This document shows positions 62,644-64,000 of a stretch of 64,000 bases of DNA, in pieces. Source of the stretch: Clostridia bacterium (GTDB taxonomy: Bacteria > Bacillota > Clostridia > Oscillospirales > Acutalibacteraceae); NCBI GenBank assembly GCA_017467405.1, contig JAFTSH010000001.1, positions 229,542 through 293,541 of the forward strand, read 5' to 3'. The notes below the pieces were generated by a model. That model saw nothing but the letters and a program-made list of their open reading frames with translations, was not told the DNA's origin and did not search any database. A program made the translations under genes and the position numbers. How positions within the stretch are numbered: position 1 is the first letter of the stretch; the number at the start of each line of letters is the position of its first letter.

Positions 62644-64000
62644 ACGAAAGCTTACCCCCGCACAGAGGGACGCCGTCAGGGCAACGGGCGACGTAATCGT
62701 TTCTGCCGCCGCAGGAAGCGGAAAGACCTTCGTTCTTACCGAAAGGGTAATATCCCGTATCACGGGTGACGACCCCATTCCCGCCGACAGCCTTCTGATA
62801 GTTACCTTCACCAACGCCGCCGCGGCAGAGATGAAGGACAGAATATGCGCCCGATTTGAAAAGGAGATCGAAAGATCTCCGCTTGATCCTGCCCTTCTTC
62901 GCCAGCAGCTGCTGCTTGAGCGGGCGGAGATTACGACGATCGACTCGTTCTGTGCACGGCTCGTGCGCGAGAATTTTGAAAGCAGCGGACTTCCCGCGGA
63001 CTTCAGACCCGCCGACAAGGGACGGCTCGAGGAGATGAAAAAATCCGCCGCAGACCGCACGGTTGAGTATTATTGCGAAACCGAGGACAGAGAGTTTTTT
63101 GCCCTTTCTGATGCCGTTTCGTCGGGACGCGGTGACGGCGGACTGATGGAGGTCGTCGAAAAGGTTCGCGATTTCCTTTCGTCGGTACCCTATCCCGACG
63201 AGTGGAAAAGAGACGCACTCAAAAGCTACAGGGCGCGTAATATAAAGGACACCGTCTGGTACTCGGTAATTTGTGAAAACGCCCTTTCGTGGGCAGAGGA
63301 TATTGCGACCTCACTCACGCTGGCGCAGGGCAGGCTGGCTTTGCTTGACGGTGCTCTGCTGAATAAAAATATAGGTGAGGAAATGACCGCCGACCTCGGG
63401 TTTGCAAGGGCGGTGTCTGCCGCCGTGTCGGGCGGAGATACCGACGGGGCAAACAGACTTTGCTCGGAGAAGGGCGGTAAGATCAGCTGCAGCCACGCCT
63501 GCAAAAAGCTCGACGGAAATCCCGACTTTGAGATAATGCAGGCCAACATATCGGTTGCGCAGAAAAGACTTGAGAAGCTGACTTCGCTTCTTGCCCTTCT
63601 TTCTGGCGACCCGATGGCTCAGGTGGCTTCGCTCAGACCCGTCGCAGAAAAGTTCTTCGAGGTGCTCGAAATGTACACGGGCTTCCTCCGCGACGAAATG
63701 GATTCCTGCGGTTGTTACGATTTTTCGGACATAGAGAGAGCCGCGCTTTCGCTCCTTTGCGTGAGAGAAAACGGGGTCACGCGCCCCACCGGAATCGGCC
63801 GCGCCCTGTCGGCGCGCTACCGCGAGATAATGGTGGACGAATATCAGGATACCAATGACCTGCAGAACGAGCTCTTTTCGGTGCTCTCGGACGGCAGAAA
63901 GCATCTCTTTACCGTCGGTGACGTCAAACAGAGTATCTACGGCTTCAGACAGGCCAATCCCGATAACTTTATCGCAAGGCTCAATTCGGTGCCCTATTTC
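62636..64000 (+). CDS. addA: Helicase-exonuclease AddAB, subunit AddA (5' part; continues beyond the window)
   Basis: Own translation from ATG 62636: MAERKLTPAQRDAVRATGDVIVSAAAGSGKTFVLTERV..., the UvrD-type motif I. Downstream are EIMVDEYQDTN and FTVGDVKQSIYGFRQA. It overlaps the addB stop by 8 nt. Confidence 0.9.
   Translation, partial: MAERKLTPAQRDAVRATGDVIVSAAAGSGKTFVLTERVISRITGDDPIPADSLLIVTFTNAAAAEMKDRICARFEKEIERSPLDPALLRQQLLLERAEITTIDSFCARLVRENFESSGLPADFRPADKGRLEEMKKSAADRTVEYYCETEDREFFALSDAVSSGRGDGGLMEVVEKVRDFLSSVPYPDEWKRDALKSYRARNIKDTVWYSVICENALSWAEDIATSLTLAQGRLALLDGALLNKNIGEEMTADLGFARAVSAAVSGGDTDGANRLCSEKGGKISCSHACKKLDGNPDFEIMQANISVAQKRLEKLTSLLALLSGDPMAQVASLRPVAEKFFEVLEMYTGFLRDEMDSCGCYDFSDIERAALSLLCVRENGVTRPTGIGRALSARYREIMVDEYQDTNDLQNELFSVLSDGRKHLFTVGDVKQSIYGFRQANPDNFIARLNSVPYF

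Overview
The window looks like chromosomal DNA from a GC-rich, endospore-forming Firmicute, probably a Clostridia or Oscillospiraceae-like organism. The clues are spoIIR, a perfect CIRCE operator before groES-groEL, addB-addA, an archaeal-type proS and a glnS gene. This taxonomic call is inference from gene content only. No search or computation was possible: all calls rest on reading the ORF-track translations, my own translation of the window edges and hand-indexed motifs, and all identity figures are by-eye estimates.

Most of the window is tightly packed housekeeping:
- A partial nrdG with an NrdR-box-like palindrome, then maa and pckA.
- A complete 8-gene aromatic amino-acid operon on the minus strand (aroF-tyrA-aroB-aroA-aroC-pheA-aroE/aroK fusion-aroQ).
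- queT (with a candidate preQ1-type leader), a DUF1934 gene and argS.
- A minus-strand block of metallophosphoesterase-gltX-glnS-malQ-HAD.
- An XRE regulator, tRNA-Lys(UUU), and a Crp-family regulator followed by NitT/TauT-type ABC importer genes.
- A GT2/tandem-LicD/TarI/TarJ (CDP-ribitol) cell-envelope cluster.
- dut-galM-rbsK, a sugar isomerase/oxidoreductase pair, proS, a D-Ala-D-Ala carboxypeptidase, a UPF0210/ACT pair, a PHP phosphatase, ispE, spoIIR and addBA.

The stand-out region is 42.9-53.7 kb. It holds seven same-strand genes, each with its own near-consensus promoter, and six of the seven with their own hairpin terminator (the outlying first gene has none). Five encode paralogous ~500-aa lipoproteins resembling ABC solute-binding proteins; four of these are exactly 501 codons and share long identical nucleotide tracts. 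Two encode paralogous secreted proteins with a Ser-rich stalk and a C-terminal membrane anchor. No permease or ATPase gene lies anywhere nearby.

Secondary oddities:
- A cytoplasmic protein fusing an FGE-sulfatase-like domain, which lacks the catalytic cysteine pair, to a GH42/GH14-like domain.
- A CRP-style TGTCT-N6-AGACA palindrome at the start of the Crp-family gene.
- A fused double-LicD protein next to CDP-ribitol synthesis genes.

No CRISPR array, transposase, integrase or rRNA was seen.
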